A stretch of 64,000 bases of DNA from Clostridiales bacterium (GTDB taxonomy: Bacteria; Bacillota; Clostridia; Saccharofermentanales; Saccharofermentanaceae). The notes under the pieces were generated by a model, which ran no database searches, had not been told where the DNA came from, and saw only the letters and a list, made by a program, of their open reading frames with translations. Positions 17,845-28,777 of the stretch are shown here, in pieces. The translations under genes were made by a program, and so were the position numbers. The stretch is from assembly GCA_017617935.1 (NCBI GenBank), contig JAFZVF010000059.1:3486-67485 (forward strand), written 5' to 3'. The stretch's first letter is position 1; every line of letters begins with the position of its first letter.

Positions 17845-20800
17845 ATGACGAGAAGGAACTTTAAAAGGGTTTCTTGTAAAGCAAAAAGGCACAGCAGCCG
17901 TGGTTTTACGCTGGCTGAGCTTCTTATTGTCATCGCGATAATAGCTATTGTTGCCACTATTGGTGTAGTTACTGCGGTTGGATATATTAATCGTTCACGA
18001 TATGATACGAACGCTCAGCATGCGATCTCCGTGTATCAGGCCGCTCAGACTGCAATCTCCAAGAAGGTAATGAATGGAAGTATTGACGAGTGGGTCCGTT
18101 CCACGGGACTTGATTCTGTAGTTAACACCGAAGGCTTGGATGCTTTAAATGAATCAGCTCACGGCATTGCATCGCTCACTTTCAATCCCAAGAACGCTTC
18201 TGACACGAAGCTTTACGATCTGCTTTCAGGTTATTTCTATGATCGTTCGATTTTTGCAGGCACAATGTCGGTCGAGTTTGACATCATCGCTACCCATGAT
18301 GGCTCATCCATAAAATATAGCGCAAATGTTGAGTCTGCGTTTTATTGTAAGCAGAATTCCGCTGATAACGGATGGGATAATTTGTGCAAAGGCAGTGCCG
18401 AAGACGGACTACCCCAGCGCGACCTTCAGTATAGGGTTAAGAAAAGTTATGTCGGATATTTCAATGGAACCGAGGCCTCGGTTGTAGCTCCCGTTAAGCT
18501 TCCTGATGATGTCGCCAACAACGCGATCTTCACCCTCCGTAACGGTGAGACTCTTGATCTGACTTGGTCGTTCTTTGATAAAGATCCTGAGCACAAATCA
18601 ATCCTTAAGATCAAACTTGAGGATGTTAATGATTCGAACAACTACGTCATACTGACGGTCAATGAAGCGGATCTTATCTACAATACGACTTATACGGCTT
18701 CTCATCCTGTTGAGATATCTGATGGCGAATTCCTTCCTGGTTCCAGTCAAGTTGGTTCGATCCTTTCTGAACCCGTTACGGTCAATGAGCAGGTTACAAC
18801 CGCATCCGGCGTTCCGCTTGACATCACTAGAAAGACGGTCTATGGCATTGCAAAGGTTAATGTCAAGAAATCTGGAAGTGATACGGGAACAGATATAAGG
18901 ATTCCTTTGGCGATTGCGAAAGTTACCGGTGATGCTCAGATCAATTATCCCGGAATATACGGTGTTGACAAGAACGCGAGTTACACCTCCTATACGCTCT
19001 CTCTTGATTGTCTCATGTCGAGGCCTGACTATATTAACGCTACCGGTAACGACCGTCTTACTATCGAACGCCTTTTCGGAAACAACCCCGTAAACATTAC
19101 GGCTGTTCTTGAGGAAGCTACAAACCTCAGCACGACAATAAAGAATTTTGATGCCAAGAGAGCAGTTAACGACCCTATCTTCTACAAAGATATTAATACC
19201 AAAGGAAACAGACCCACTTATTTCTATGAGATTAACTCCGCATCGGCTGAACTTGACAATGATAAGCGTTGCGTAGTCAACACTCTTTTTGGCGATTTGA
19301 AATACAGTGGAAAGAAAGACAGCGTACACGGAAGCTTCTCAACGGCTACGCCGAACGATGCCGTTATCACTTCGTATAGACATTTATCCAACATCCGAAT
19401 TATTGACAGTGACAAGGCAGCCAACTTTAAGGTCGCCAAGAATCTTAATTGGTATGAAGCGCTTGATGGACAGTACTTTAGTCAGGTCAGGGTGTTCACA
19501 TCATTTGCAACAAATGCTTCCTCAAGATTTGAAGATGGTCCAGGAAACACGATAGGCCGCTTCCATTCACCTGCAGTAGACGGAAATCTGAAAGTTGTTT
19601 CGTTCCCTGCGATTGCCGAGCTTCCTGCAAATCAAACGCTTTCATCACTTTCTTATGTAAATGGAAATGATACGGATACCGTATTCTCGATTAACAACAT
19701 TCAGTTGAGATGGCAGTCTTTTGAGAATGAATATGGAGTTGGATACAGTCATTCGTCTGATTCGGCTTATGGAATGATCTGTGTTAATTATGGTGTTGTT
19801 TATAATATTTATACTGATAACCTTACCCTCACATTCTCTGAAATCGCAGATGGAAAGCCGGGAGACAATACTGGCGGAAGCGCAAAGAATGTTTCCTTCT
19901 CACCGAATGTAACCGGTGGTATCCAACTTGAAGAAAAAACTATTAACATCAGCAAGGTCCTCAATCAGCCTGTTGGAGGCCTTATTGGACACAACAAGGG
20001 CCTTATGGGGCTTAATGATTCCGAGGCTGAAGATGCGAGGAACACAATCCGCATGAGCAACTGTTTGGTTCTCTGCGGTCGTTATTGGTATACTAGCACG
20101 GATTTTAAGAGCGGAAACGGTGGCATAGTCGGGTTGAATGAAGGCAACGCTTCCGGGGAATCCTCATTTGGCGTTTTGAAGGTATGTGGCAACTTCGCGG
20201 TTACCGGTGCAGAGAAAAACGGAGGAATTATCGGATATAGCAATGCAACAAAGATCGGTGCAAAACTTGTTGTTGACGGTTCTGATTATGGCAACAGTAT
20301 TATCACTCTACCCAAATTTAAACTTGGCAACTCTACCTATACTCCCGTATGTATGGTTAACGGTAAGTATTATGAGGGCGGCGCCATCGGATATGTTGAC
20401 GGGGCTAGCTTCACTTATGATGCTCCTGTTGCTGGACGCAGTTTCAATAATGATACCGGTGCGATCAAGTTTGCCAATGATTATCAGATAGAAGTAAAGC
20501 TTCCTCAGGGGTCATATATTGGAAGCTGGTTTTCAGATTCAGATAAAACGAAACCTAGTACGGGAATTGGTGGTGCCATAGGTTGTGCGAATAATCTTAA
20601 CGGAAATCGCGTAACAATGAAGGTTTCAAATAATGGATACATTGTACTTCCCAATCATGCAAACGGTTTTGTAGGCGGTGCGATAGGTCTTGTCGGTTCC
20701 GGTTCTATTTCTGACATATACATTGACGCAGTCAATGGAACTGGTTCCAGAATTGGTGCACAGGATGGAACCGCCAAACAGGGTGTTGGGCCTGCTGCAT

Positions 20801-23800
20801 CTGGCGGTGCCATCGGAAGGGTTAACGGCTATAACAATAAACTCAACATCAACATTGAGAATTCAGGTTCAATAACTGCATATAGCATGGCTGACAAAGG
20901 TGAAGGCAGGGGAGCCGGTGGCGCGGTTGGCAGCATTTATACGAGCCTGACATCTGTTATCAATGTCTACAATAAGGCTGTAAACATCTACGCAGATACC
21001 AATGATGACAATATCTATGGCGGTACTGGCGGTGCAGTTGGAAACTGGGCGAATTCTGCTAACAATTTGACTATTAAGGCGGACTCCGTCATTCATGTTC
21101 TCAACAAGGCGAACATCTCCGCAGAGGGCAATGTCGGTGGAGCTATTGGATGTGCGGCAAAGAATCTTGGTGAAGTATATGCCATCAATGACGGTAAGAC
21201 GATTAGCGGCTCCAAGGATTTCGTAGGAGGTGTCGTAGGACATTCGCGTGGACAGAACAGCGGTATTTATCAGGCAACTTCAAAATCCAGTGCCAGCGTA
21301 AGTGGCAGGAACTTTGTCGGTGGTGCTGCGGGAAGCCTTTCGAGTTTTGCTGATGGCGGAACCACAAAATTGATTGTTAGAGGTGGTACGACCAATGTAT
21401 CCGGTGGTGGTACTAATGGAGGGTATTATGTCGGTGGCGTCAGTGGAGAAGTACTTGGATATGAGGACAACAGCTCCAACGATGGCAAACTTGTTCTTTC
21501 CGGAGACAGCGTTGATTCAACACAGCTTAAGGTTACGGGTGTTTCTAACGTCGGCGGTTCCGTAGGACTCTTCAGGGGCGACAGCAGTAAGGCAGAGAAT
21601 AAGAGGAACACCGCAGGCATTATTACCATGCCGACGCAAAAGAGTGGCAACCGCCTTATCGTAAATGTTGAAGGAACTGATGACCTTGGCGGTGCAGTCG
21701 GAAGAATGACATGGTTCAGCAAGGGAATTGTTAACAATAAGGCTGAGCTTCCCACTGTTGTAGGGAGTGGTTCCTCCAAGGTCGATCTTACCGTTGTCTT
21801 GCGTCCCGAGTCTCATGTCAAGGGAACTGGTAACAATGTCGGCGGTGCAATCGGCCATATCGCGGGCGACAACCAGTCACAATATCTAGGTACTCTTGAC
21901 GTCTCAACGGTACGAGGCAATATGAACAGCACTTCCGGCATTGTTGGAAAGCAGAATGTCGGTGGAGTTATTGGTCTTATAGAGAACAATTGCATTTTCA
22001 CGAATAATTCCACCAAGAAATTATCTATCAATTTCAGTTTAGGCGCGTATAAGATCAATGGAACAATTGGCGCAAGCAGCGATTCTAATGTTGGCGGCGC
22101 GATTGGATACTATATGGGAACCACCAATGTAAACAATGCCAAGATAGTTGTGCTTGATGTTAACCTTGGTACTTCAACGGTCAACGGAGCAAAGAACGTT
22201 GGAGGTGCAATTGGTAAAACGGATTATAAGCACCAGACTGCAACAAACAAGGTTTTTAGCAATCAGATTAAGACCGTTATGAACGGTACGATCAGTGGTT
22301 CAAATAATGTTGGTGGTGCTATAGGTTATACAAGCGCTAACTATCTGCTTAATCTTGAAACTGCCGTTAACGGAAATATAAGTGGAGCTTCAAATGTTGG
22401 TGGAGTAATAGGTCAGAACAATTCCAATGTTACGATGCTTAGGTCGACTATAAAAGGATCTGTTGTTGGAACCGGAGATTGCGTTGGTGGCGGTATCGGA
22501 TTCACTGACGGCAACAGGCAGGTTGGCGGCTCATATCTGTTAACGGAAGATTTGTTCGTAACGATTACGGGTGCAGGACATATTGATGGAAACAATTATG
22601 TGGGCGGAGTAATAGGTAAGAATGCTCAAAACGGCAAATTTGTTAAGTCTGAAATAGCTGGCCGTGCATACATTAATGGAACTTCCTGTATCGGTGGTGC
22701 CATCGGTCTAGCTACCGGAAAAGGTGAAACATACGGAAACATTAAGAATAACAACGCCGTTGTTTCTGCTGTTATCTCGAGCGACAGAGCCTTGAGAGGA
22801 AATAGGAATATCGGAGGCGCAATAGGACAGCTTGCCGATAAGGAAACTGGAGCATGGCCTCGCTTCAATATTGTTCAGGCTGAAGTCAATACGGGAATTC
22901 TGTATGAGCAGACGTCTGCTCTCGGATCTGAGGATGATGCCCGTATCGGAGGCGTTATTGGGTATTTCAGCGATTCCAATGCCCAAAAGGTAATTCTTAA
23001 AGGTACGGGTGGTACGGTTAAACTAAACATTCCAGGACAACCTTCTCGTAGCGTAAGCAATTCGATGCTCATCGCTGCAACGGGAAGATCAATAGGTGGA
23101 ATCATTGGTCAGATTGGTCCTGAAGGGTATCAGTCAAACTGCCGTCTCTTTGATGTGGATGCTAGCGAGGCACCTGGTCTTTGTGTTATTTCCAACAGTG
23201 CATCCGATAGAATCGGCGGTTGGATTGGAAGCGGTTTTGGTGGTTATATGGGTCTTTCCGAAAATGGAAAAACTTATAATGTAAATAATGTTAAGGTCGT
23301 ATACAGCGAAGGCAGCGAAGTTGGCGGCTTTATGGGCAGAGCTGACGGAGCAAATGTTCCTAATGTAGACAAGACTTCCGAAAAAGACAGGTTTAATACT
23401 TATCACTGTAGAGCCAATGCCAAGATTATCGTTACTCTTAATTCGGCTTCCGTAGCAGGCAAGACCCGTGTTGGTGGCGCGTTCGGATATTTCTATCTTG
23501 GTGGTATGAAAGACGGGCAGATAACGGTTAACCTGAATGATCATTCAATGATTGGAGATTTCAGTGACAAGGCGCCTTTGTGCTATAACGCGGGTGGTGC
23601 AATCGGTGAAGTTTCCATGGGATACAATTATAAAAAACTTAATACTGGTGATTGTTATAGCGAAATACGTTGTCCGATAACTATTAATATTGATTCAACT
23701 TCAAGTGTACATGCTAGTGCAACAGAGGATCCGTCTTCTTCTGATCCATCCGCCATGCATTCTGCAAATGCTGGAGTAGGTGGTGCGATAGGCAGAATCG

Positions 23801-26800
23801 GAAGGTTGGAACCGTACAATTATACTTCTGGTGCAACAGCCATTGATGATAGTTGGATTATCCCAATGAAATTTACCAAAAAGATCGAGGTTAATTCCGC
23901 TAATCCTAACACATCGGTATATTCAGCAATCTCACATGCCGGTGGTGTTGTTGGAGTGATGATGGACGGAACGATTTCTCAGGCGACCACTAACGCAAAT
24001 GTCGAATCCTCTGCGGCAGACAGGGATGTGGGTGGCTTCGTTGGTTTGATGCGTAAGGGTAGCATTGAAAACATTGTTGTTTACGGCAAGGATAACAAGT
24101 CCGTAACTGTTACCGGAAATGACTCCTATGCCGGAGGATTTGTCGGAAGGATGATCTCCGGCACTATCAAGAATTCTTATACGACTTATCTTGTTAATTC
24201 AAAGGGCAGCGTCGCGGGCGGATTTGTAGGAAAGTTGGAGGATGGTTCGATTACCGATTCGTTTGTTGGCGGTCATACGATTCAGGGTCAGTATGAGAGC
24301 GGGAAGGGCAATGTTACCGGTAAGGGCAATGTTGGCGGTTTTGCTGGCGTCATTGACGGTGACGGAGCTACCATTACCAATTGCTATACCACTGCTTCCG
24401 TAGTAGGTAACGGCGACAATGTCGGAGGTTTTGCGGGCAATATCATTAATGGTCAGAGCATTACAAATTGTTATACGACGGCCAGGATAATTAACAACAA
24501 GTCTGCAGGCAATACTGGAGCTTTTGGATGTTTTGCTCCTTCGGATGATTCTGAATTCAACGTCAGCCTCAGCGGAGACAAGGTATTGAGCGGAATGGAT
24601 TCTGGTTCCCTCATCCTCATTAACGGCGCAGAAGGCATGTCCGGGGTTGAGTTTGCTACTGCAGCTCAGATCAAGGGTTCAACCGATCATGCGGCTGAAC
24701 CTTATGACAGCGCGTTGTCAACGACTTTCAGATTCAAGGCAGTAGTTAAGAATAACAACAAGTTGACTCATTATGGTGACTGGCCGCTTGAATCGTCAGG
24801 AACGATAAGCATAAATGAAGCCGATGTAATTCTTTATGATGCTGACGGCAACCCGGCTGATACGTTTGTTTTCAGGAAGTCAGGCGTAACGTTTAAGGAT
24901 ATTTCAGACGCGGCTACTTGTGTAGAGAAGATCGAGATTTTTGTTTCAGGTGCGAGACTTGATCCTGACAATTACACTTTGAGCTACAGATATAATGATG
25001 TTGCAAGTCCGACTGATTCGGAAGGTCATGTCACAAGATATGCGGAAGTCATCATTTCCGCCAAGGCGGGAACTGCTTATACCGGAACCAGGACGGTTCA
25101 GTTTACGATTACTCCTCTGGATATTTCTGATGCCGAGGTGGTTCAGAACAAGACTGAGTATCTTTATACGGGTGCTTCAGTAAGCGAGTATGTCAAGCCT
25201 GAAGACCTTACCGTTACGCTTAACGGCGAGACACTCGTCCGTGGCATAGATTATTATCTTGAATATGACAGGAATGACACGGCAGCCGGCGAGGTCCACT
25301 TCAAGGTTATGGGAATGGGTAACTATACCGGAGCCAAAAAGGATAATGGTGAGGATGTACAGTATCTGTTCACTATTAGTGGAGCCAGCATCGGTGGTGA
25401 TGATACCGAAGTAACGCTTATCGGTTTGAATGAGAGACACACTGGCGAATACTACGCTTACTACACCGGTTCTGAAATCAAGCCAAGCGACATAGTCGTA
25501 AGACATGGTGGCGTTACTCTGAATGGCGAGGGAGAAAACCCTGATTACCAAGTTTCGTATTCTGATGATGTAACTAATTGCGGAACCGTCACGATAACGA
25601 TAACCGGTCAGGGCAACTATTCGGGCACCAAGACTGTCACCTACACGATAGAACAGGCTACAAATGGTTGGGATACGGTTCCATCGTCTGATGACTGCAT
25701 CTATGGAAATTCACCCGTGCTGCATTATATGTCACTGTTTGGAAATGACACGGCGACCGTCCAATACTTTACGGATTCCGCTTTTACCAACGAGGTGACG
25801 GACATCACGGAAGCACCTGTCGGCACGTATTTTGCCAAGATAACGATAGCTCAAACGGCGAATTACGAAGGCATAATATCCGATCCTGTAGAGTTCGCGA
25901 TAACGCCAGCTCCGATAACGGAAGACATGGTCAATGTTTCATCAACCGTTGTTTACGATGGTACTGCACAGAGGCCTTCTGCCATTACGTTAACTTATAT
26001 GGGCAAGACGCTGACGGAAGGCACAGACTATATTGTTACCTGCACTAATAACGTCAATGTCGGTACTGCGACCGTGACGATAACGGGTATCAACAACTTC
26101 GAAGGAACTGAAGTTAACAAGTCTTATGAGATCACGCCCGCTCCGGTTACTGCGAGCATGATTTCCGGAGTCCCTGAAACGGTTGAGTATACCGGCAGCG
26201 CTATCGTTCCTGAAGTTACCGTTAAGTTTGGAGACACCGTCCTTACTAAGGATACTGATTACACTGTCACGTATCAGAACAATACGGAACCCGGTACCGC
26301 TACAATAACAGTGACGGGTATTGGTAATTTCGGCGAATCAGCGAACAAGACATTCAAGATTAAGGCTGAACTCGAATCTGGTATGGTCGCTCTTGAGTTT
26401 GAGTCTGCTGAACATACTGGCTCTGAAATCAAGCCTGGCGTGACGGTTACTTTCAATGGCAATACTCTGACCAAGGGTACTGACTATGATGTTACCTATT
26501 CGAACAACATTGATGCCGGAAATGCAACGGTTACCATAAAAGGCAAGGGCTATTACACCGGCACCATTGAAAAGACTTTCACGATAACGCCTTCTGCTGA
26601 ACCTGGAACGAACGATTCTGGTGACAGCGGCAATGGTGGCAACGGTGGAAATAGCGGAAATAATGACGGCGCCGGCAATTATGGAGGAAGCGGTAATTCC
26701 AACAGTAACAACACTGAAAACGGTGGAAATAACAGTGGCAACAGTGGGGACACTAACAATGGTAATGACACCACTAATTCCGGCAATACAGGAAACAACG

Positions 26801-27189
26801 ATACTGAAGATTCACCTAAGAATGCCGCTCCTAAGGCGGCTGAAACACCGAAGACGGACGAAATGCCAAAGACTGCGGAGACTCCAAAGTCGGAGGAAAC
26901 GTCTAAAACAGCTGAAACTCCTAATACTGAAGATTCCTCAACGGCTGAAGAGAATACAAAGTCAACAAAGAATACGAAGCCAGTTGGCACAGAGAAGACT
27001 GACAAGACGTTGGAAACGCCTAAGACCGAAGATTCTACAAAGTCTGAAGATGATGATGACAAGTCATCGGCGAACACTAAGTCTTCGTCAAAATCTGACA
27101 AGACTACCGCGAAGACGACCAAGAAGACTAAAGAAACTGACGCTGACATAAAAACTGAAGACAAAGAAACCGAAGTGGAAGATAATTAA
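17845..27189 (+). CDS. giant modular type IV pilin/adhesin (~3,114 aa): pilin N-terminus, GLUG-like Gly-rich repeats, Ig-like repeats, low-complexity tail
   Basis: GGAGG RBS then ATG 17845; SRG|FTLAELLIVIAII; dozens of (V/I)GG(A/V/F)(I/V)G repeats; repeated YTG..I.P...G.DY...Y.NN...G.ATVTITG.GNY.G units. Confidence 0.88.
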   Translation: MTRRNFKRVSCKAKRHSSRGFTLAELLIVIAIIAIVATIGVVTAVGYINRSRYDTNAQHAISVYQAAQTAISKKVMNGSIDEWVRSTGLDSVVNTEGLDALNESAHGIASLTFNPKNASDTKLYDLLSGYFYDRSIFAGTMSVEFDIIATHDGSSIKYSANVESAFYCKQNSADNGWDNLCKGSAEDGLPQRDLQYRVKKSYVGYFNGTEASVVAPVKLPDDVANNAIFTLRNGETLDLTWSFFDKDPEHKSILKIKLEDVNDSNNYVILTVNEADLIYNTTYTASHPVEISDGEFLPGSSQVGSILSEPVTVNEQVTTASGVPLDITRKTVYGIAKVNVKKSGSDTGTDIRIPLAIAKVTGDAQINYPGIYGVDKNASYTSYTLSLDCLMSRPDYINATGNDRLTIERLFGNNPVNITAVLEEATNLSTTIKNFDAKRAVNDPIFYKDINTKGNRPTYFYEINSASAELDNDKRCVVNTLFGDLKYSGKKDSVHGSFSTATPNDAVITSYRHLSNIRIIDSDKAANFKVAKNLNWYEALDGQYFSQVRVFTSFATNASSRFEDGPGNTIGRFHSPAVDGNLKVVSFPAIAELPANQTLSSLSYVNGNDTDTVFSINNIQLRWQSFENEYGVGYSHSSDSAYGMICVNYGVVYNIYTDNLTLTFSEIADGKPGDNTGGSAKNVSFSPNVTGGIQLEEKTINISKVLNQPVGGLIGHNKGLMGLNDSEAEDARNTIRMSNCLVLCGRYWYTSTDFKSGNGGIVGLNEGNASGESSFGVLKVCGNFAVTGAEKNGGIIGYSNATKIGAKLVVDGSDYGNSIITLPKFKLGNSTYTPVCMVNGKYYEGGAIGYVDGASFTYDAPVAGRSFNNDTGAIKFANDYQIEVKLPQGSYIGSWFSDSDKTKPSTGIGGAIGCANNLNGNRVTMKVSNNGYIVLPNHANGFVGGAIGLVGSGSISDIYIDAVNGTGSRIGAQDGTAKQGVGPAASGGAIGRVNGYNNKLNINIENSGSITAYSMADKGEGRGAGGAVGSIYTSLTSVINVYNKAVNIYADTNDDNIYGGTGGAVGNWANSANNLTIKADSVIHVLNKANISAEGNVGGAIGCAAKNLGEVYAINDGKTISGSKDFVGGVVGHSRGQNSGIYQATSKSSASVSGRNFVGGAAGSLSSFADGGTTKLIVRGGTTNVSGGGTNGGYYVGGVSGEVLGYEDNSSNDGKLVLSGDSVDSTQLKVTGVSNVGGSVGLFRGDSSKAENKRNTAGIITMPTQKSGNRLIVNVEGTDDLGGAVGRMTWFSKGIVNNKAELPTVVGSGSSKVDLTVVLRPESHVKGTGNNVGGAIGHIAGDNQSQYLGTLDVSTVRGNMNSTSGIVGKQNVGGVIGLIENNCIFTNNSTKKLSINFSLGAYKINGTIGASSDSNVGGAIGYYMGTTNVNNAKIVVLDVNLGTSTVNGAKNVGGAIGKTDYKHQTATNKVFSNQIKTVMNGTISGSNNVGGAIGYTSANYLLNLETAVNGNISGASNVGGVIGQNNSNVTMLRSTIKGSVVGTGDCVGGGIGFTDGNRQVGGSYLLTEDLFVTITGAGHIDGNNYVGGVIGKNAQNGKFVKSEIAGRAYINGTSCIGGAIGLATGKGETYGNIKNNNAVVSAVISSDRALRGNRNIGGAIGQLADKETGAWPRFNIVQAEVNTGILYEQTSALGSEDDARIGGVIGYFSDSNAQKVILKGTGGTVKLNIPGQPSRSVSNSMLIAATGRSIGGIIGQIGPEGYQSNCRLFDVDASEAPGLCVISNSASDRIGGWIGSGFGGYMGLSENGKTYNVNNVKVVYSEGSEVGGFMGRADGANVPNVDKTSEKDRFNTYHCRANAKIIVTLNSASVAGKTRVGGAFGYFYLGGMKDGQITVNLNDHSMIGDFSDKAPLCYNAGGAIGEVSMGYNYKKLNTGDCYSEIRCPITINIDSTSSVHASATEDPSSSDPSAMHSANAGVGGAIGRIGRLEPYNYTSGATAIDDSWIIPMKFTKKIEVNSANPNTSVYSAISHAGGVVGVMMDGTISQATTNANVESSAADRDVGGFVGLMRKGSIENIVVYGKDNKSVTVTGNDSYAGGFVGRMISGTIKNSYTTYLVNSKGSVAGGFVGKLEDGSITDSFVGGHTIQGQYESGKGNVTGKGNVGGFAGVIDGDGATITNCYTTASVVGNGDNVGGFAGNIINGQSITNCYTTARIINNKSAGNTGAFGCFAPSDDSEFNVSLSGDKVLSGMDSGSLILINGAEGMSGVEFATAAQIKGSTDHAAEPYDSALSTTFRFKAVVKNNNKLTHYGDWPLESSGTISINEADVILYDADGNPADTFVFRKSGVTFKDISDAATCVEKIEIFVSGARLDPDNYTLSYRYNDVASPTDSEGHVTRYAEVIISAKAGTAYTGTRTVQFTITPLDISDAEVVQNKTEYLYTGASVSEYVKPEDLTVTLNGETLVRGIDYYLEYDRNDTAAGEVHFKVMGMGNYTGAKKDNGEDVQYLFTISGASIGGDDTEVTLIGLNERHTGEYYAYYTGSEIKPSDIVVRHGGVTLNGEGENPDYQVSYSDDVTNCGTVTITITGQGNYSGTKTVTYTIEQATNGWDTVPSSDDCIYGNSPVLHYMSLFGNDTATVQYFTDSAFTNEVTDITEAPVGTYFAKITIAQTANYEGIISDPVEFAITPAPITEDMVNVSSTVVYDGTAQRPSAITLTYMGKTLTEGTDYIVTCTNNVNVGTATVTITGINNFEGTEVNKSYEITPAPVTASMISGVPETVEYTGSAIVPEVTVKFGDTVLTKDTDYTVTYQNNTEPGTATITVTGIGNFGESANKTFKIKAELESGMVALEFESAEHTGSEIKPGVTVTFNGNTLTKGTDYDVTYSNNIDAGNATVTIKGKGYYTGTIEKTFTITPSAEPGTNDSGDSGNGGNGGNSGNNDGAGNYGGSGNSNSNNTENGGNNSGNSGDTNNGNDTTNSGNTGNNDTEDSPKNAAPKAAETPKTDEMPKTAETPKSEETSKTAETPNTEDSSTAEENTKSTKNTKPVGTEKTDKTLETPKTEDSTKSEDDDDKSSANTKSSSKSDKTTAKTTKKTKETDADIKTEDKETEVEDN

Positions 27190-27206
27190 AATGAGGAAAA
27201 CGCTAA

Positions 27207-27653
27207 ATGAAGTGCATTAACAAGACATCTTGCATTAAAAGGGCTGTTGGGATCCTTCGTGACAACGAGGGAACCAGTCTAGTGCTTGTTACGATTATTG
27301 CAATCATTATCCTTACAGGCATAGTTATTCTCCGCGTTGCAACAAGTTCGCTTTGGGCATCCGCTGACAAACAGCTTAATCAGGATCAAGCTTATCAGGC
27401 GGCCACGAGTTTCGGAGAGTCGATTGACAAATTGATTGACAGTGGTGATTTTAAACTTGATACTTATACGACGGCTACTCCAGTGAACATTGCTAGTACA
27501 AGTATTCCTCAATTGGGAAATGCGACTTTGGAAGCTTTTGCGACAGGCAATCCTTCTAACGGGGACGTTACTATAACGGTAACCGCCAAGGTTGCTGATG
27601 CTGAATATGTTTATACTGCTGTTTACACTTCATCGGGGGCTAGAAAGTACTGA
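27207..27653 (+). CDS. minor pilin, PilX/GspK-like (no Glu5)
   Basis: NEG|TSLVLVTIIAIII, QAYQAA helix. Confidence 0.75.
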   Translation: MKCINKTSCIKRAVGILRDNEGTSLVLVTIIAIIILTGIVILRVATSSLWASADKQLNQDQAYQAATSFGESIDKLIDSGDFKLDTYTTATPVNIASTSIPQLGNATLEAFATGNPSNGDVTITVTAKVADAEYVYTAVYTSSGARKY

Positions 27654-27663
27654 TATGAGGCAT

Positions 27664-27981
27664 ATGACGAAGAGGCAATGCAAATGTTTCAGTAAACGGG
27701 GCGAGACCATGGTCGAGGTCCTGATTGCTTTTACGCTCCTGTCGATCATCCTGCTGATGTTTTCACAAGGCATAGCTTTTGCTACGAAGGCTGAAGCCAA
27801 TGCTACGGACAACCGTAATGCAGCGGATCAAGCGATGGCAAGTCTGCAACAGAAGCTTGCTGAAGGTACGGACAAGGGAATACAGGTTAGCCCGGATGTG
27901 ACGATTGGTTCCAAAACCATAGTTCCCTATGTTTATACTGAAAATGATTATACTTATGTGGTTTACAGAGTAGAAGGGTAA
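27664..27981 (+). CDS. minor pilin, PilV/GspI-like
   Basis: KRG|ETMVEVLIAFTLLSI; start moved to ATG 27664 after GAGG (27655 also possible). Confidence 0.78.
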   Translation: MTKRQCKCFSKRGETMVEVLIAFTLLSIILLMFSQGIAFATKAEANATDNRNAADQAMASLQQKLAEGTDKGIQVSPDVTIGSKTIVPYVYTENDYTYVVYRVEG

Positions 27982-27985
27982 AGAC

Positions 27986-28753
27986 ATGCGGAGGATTAAC
28001 AGAAAGCGTAGATCAAAGATAGCCATGACGATGGTGGAACTCATCGTCACAATGGCTCTAACTTCGCTTTTTGCGGGAGCCTGTGTAACGCTTATTCTTC
28101 CAATAGAAAGAATATATACGCACATGACTGATCTCAGCCGAGCACAACTTATTGCCGATACCTGTGTTGACACTTTGCGGAAAGAATGTGCAGATACTTA
28201 TATTATCGATCCTGATGATGTTTGGATCTTTAATGATACTGCTTTTGACGGAACCGTGGCAAAACTTGGAAGTGCAGCAAAACTGCCTGACAACCAACCC
28301 GGCAAGATACTTGTCATGAGAAAGAACTCTGAATATTGGGAAACTACTGCTTCAACCTCTACCTATAATCTTGGCACACAGCTTTATAACGATGTCATGA
28401 CCATTGAAGGAGGTACGCAACAGACAGGAAATCTTACCAGCCGAGCTATCTACAGGATGTTTACGGTCAAGGAAGGTAATGTCGAACCGAATTCTGATGC
28501 TGCCGAAGGTTATGTCCATTTCGGATATTATAAGAAGATTGGAAGTAATAATTATTCTTATTATGATTTTACTAATCCGATAGCTTCTACGGCGTATCGC
28601 GACTTTAAGGTGGAACTGACGTTTGACGGTCTCAAGAGAATGAAGGATACTAACCTTCCGGCATATGTTAATTGTACTGTTACGGTAACCAGAAACGGCA
28701 AGGAAGTTTATTCGCGAAATACCGTACTGTGCTTTGCCGCTCCCGCAATCTGA
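27986..28753 (+). CDS. minor pilin, PilW/GspJ-like
   Basis: Basic leader, KIA|MTMVELIVTMAL. Confidence 0.78.
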   Translation: MRRINRKRRSKIAMTMVELIVTMALTSLFAGACVTLILPIERIYTHMTDLSRAQLIADTCVDTLRKECADTYIIDPDDVWIFNDTAFDGTVAKLGSAAKLPDNQPGKILVMRKNSEYWETTASTSTYNLGTQLYNDVMTIEGGTQQTGNLTSRAIYRMFTVKEGNVEPNSDAAEGYVHFGYYKKIGSNNYSYYDFTNPIASTAYRDFKVELTFDGLKRMKDTNLPAYVNCTVTVTRNGKEVYSRNTVLCFAAPAI

Positions 28754-28777
28754 AGTGCGAAAAAATGACCGGAGGGT

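Noticed and set aside
17845-27189. Diversity-generating retroelement or shufflon acting on the giant pilin
   Set aside because: No reverse transcriptase, recombinase, or near-identical template/variable repeat pair seen in the window
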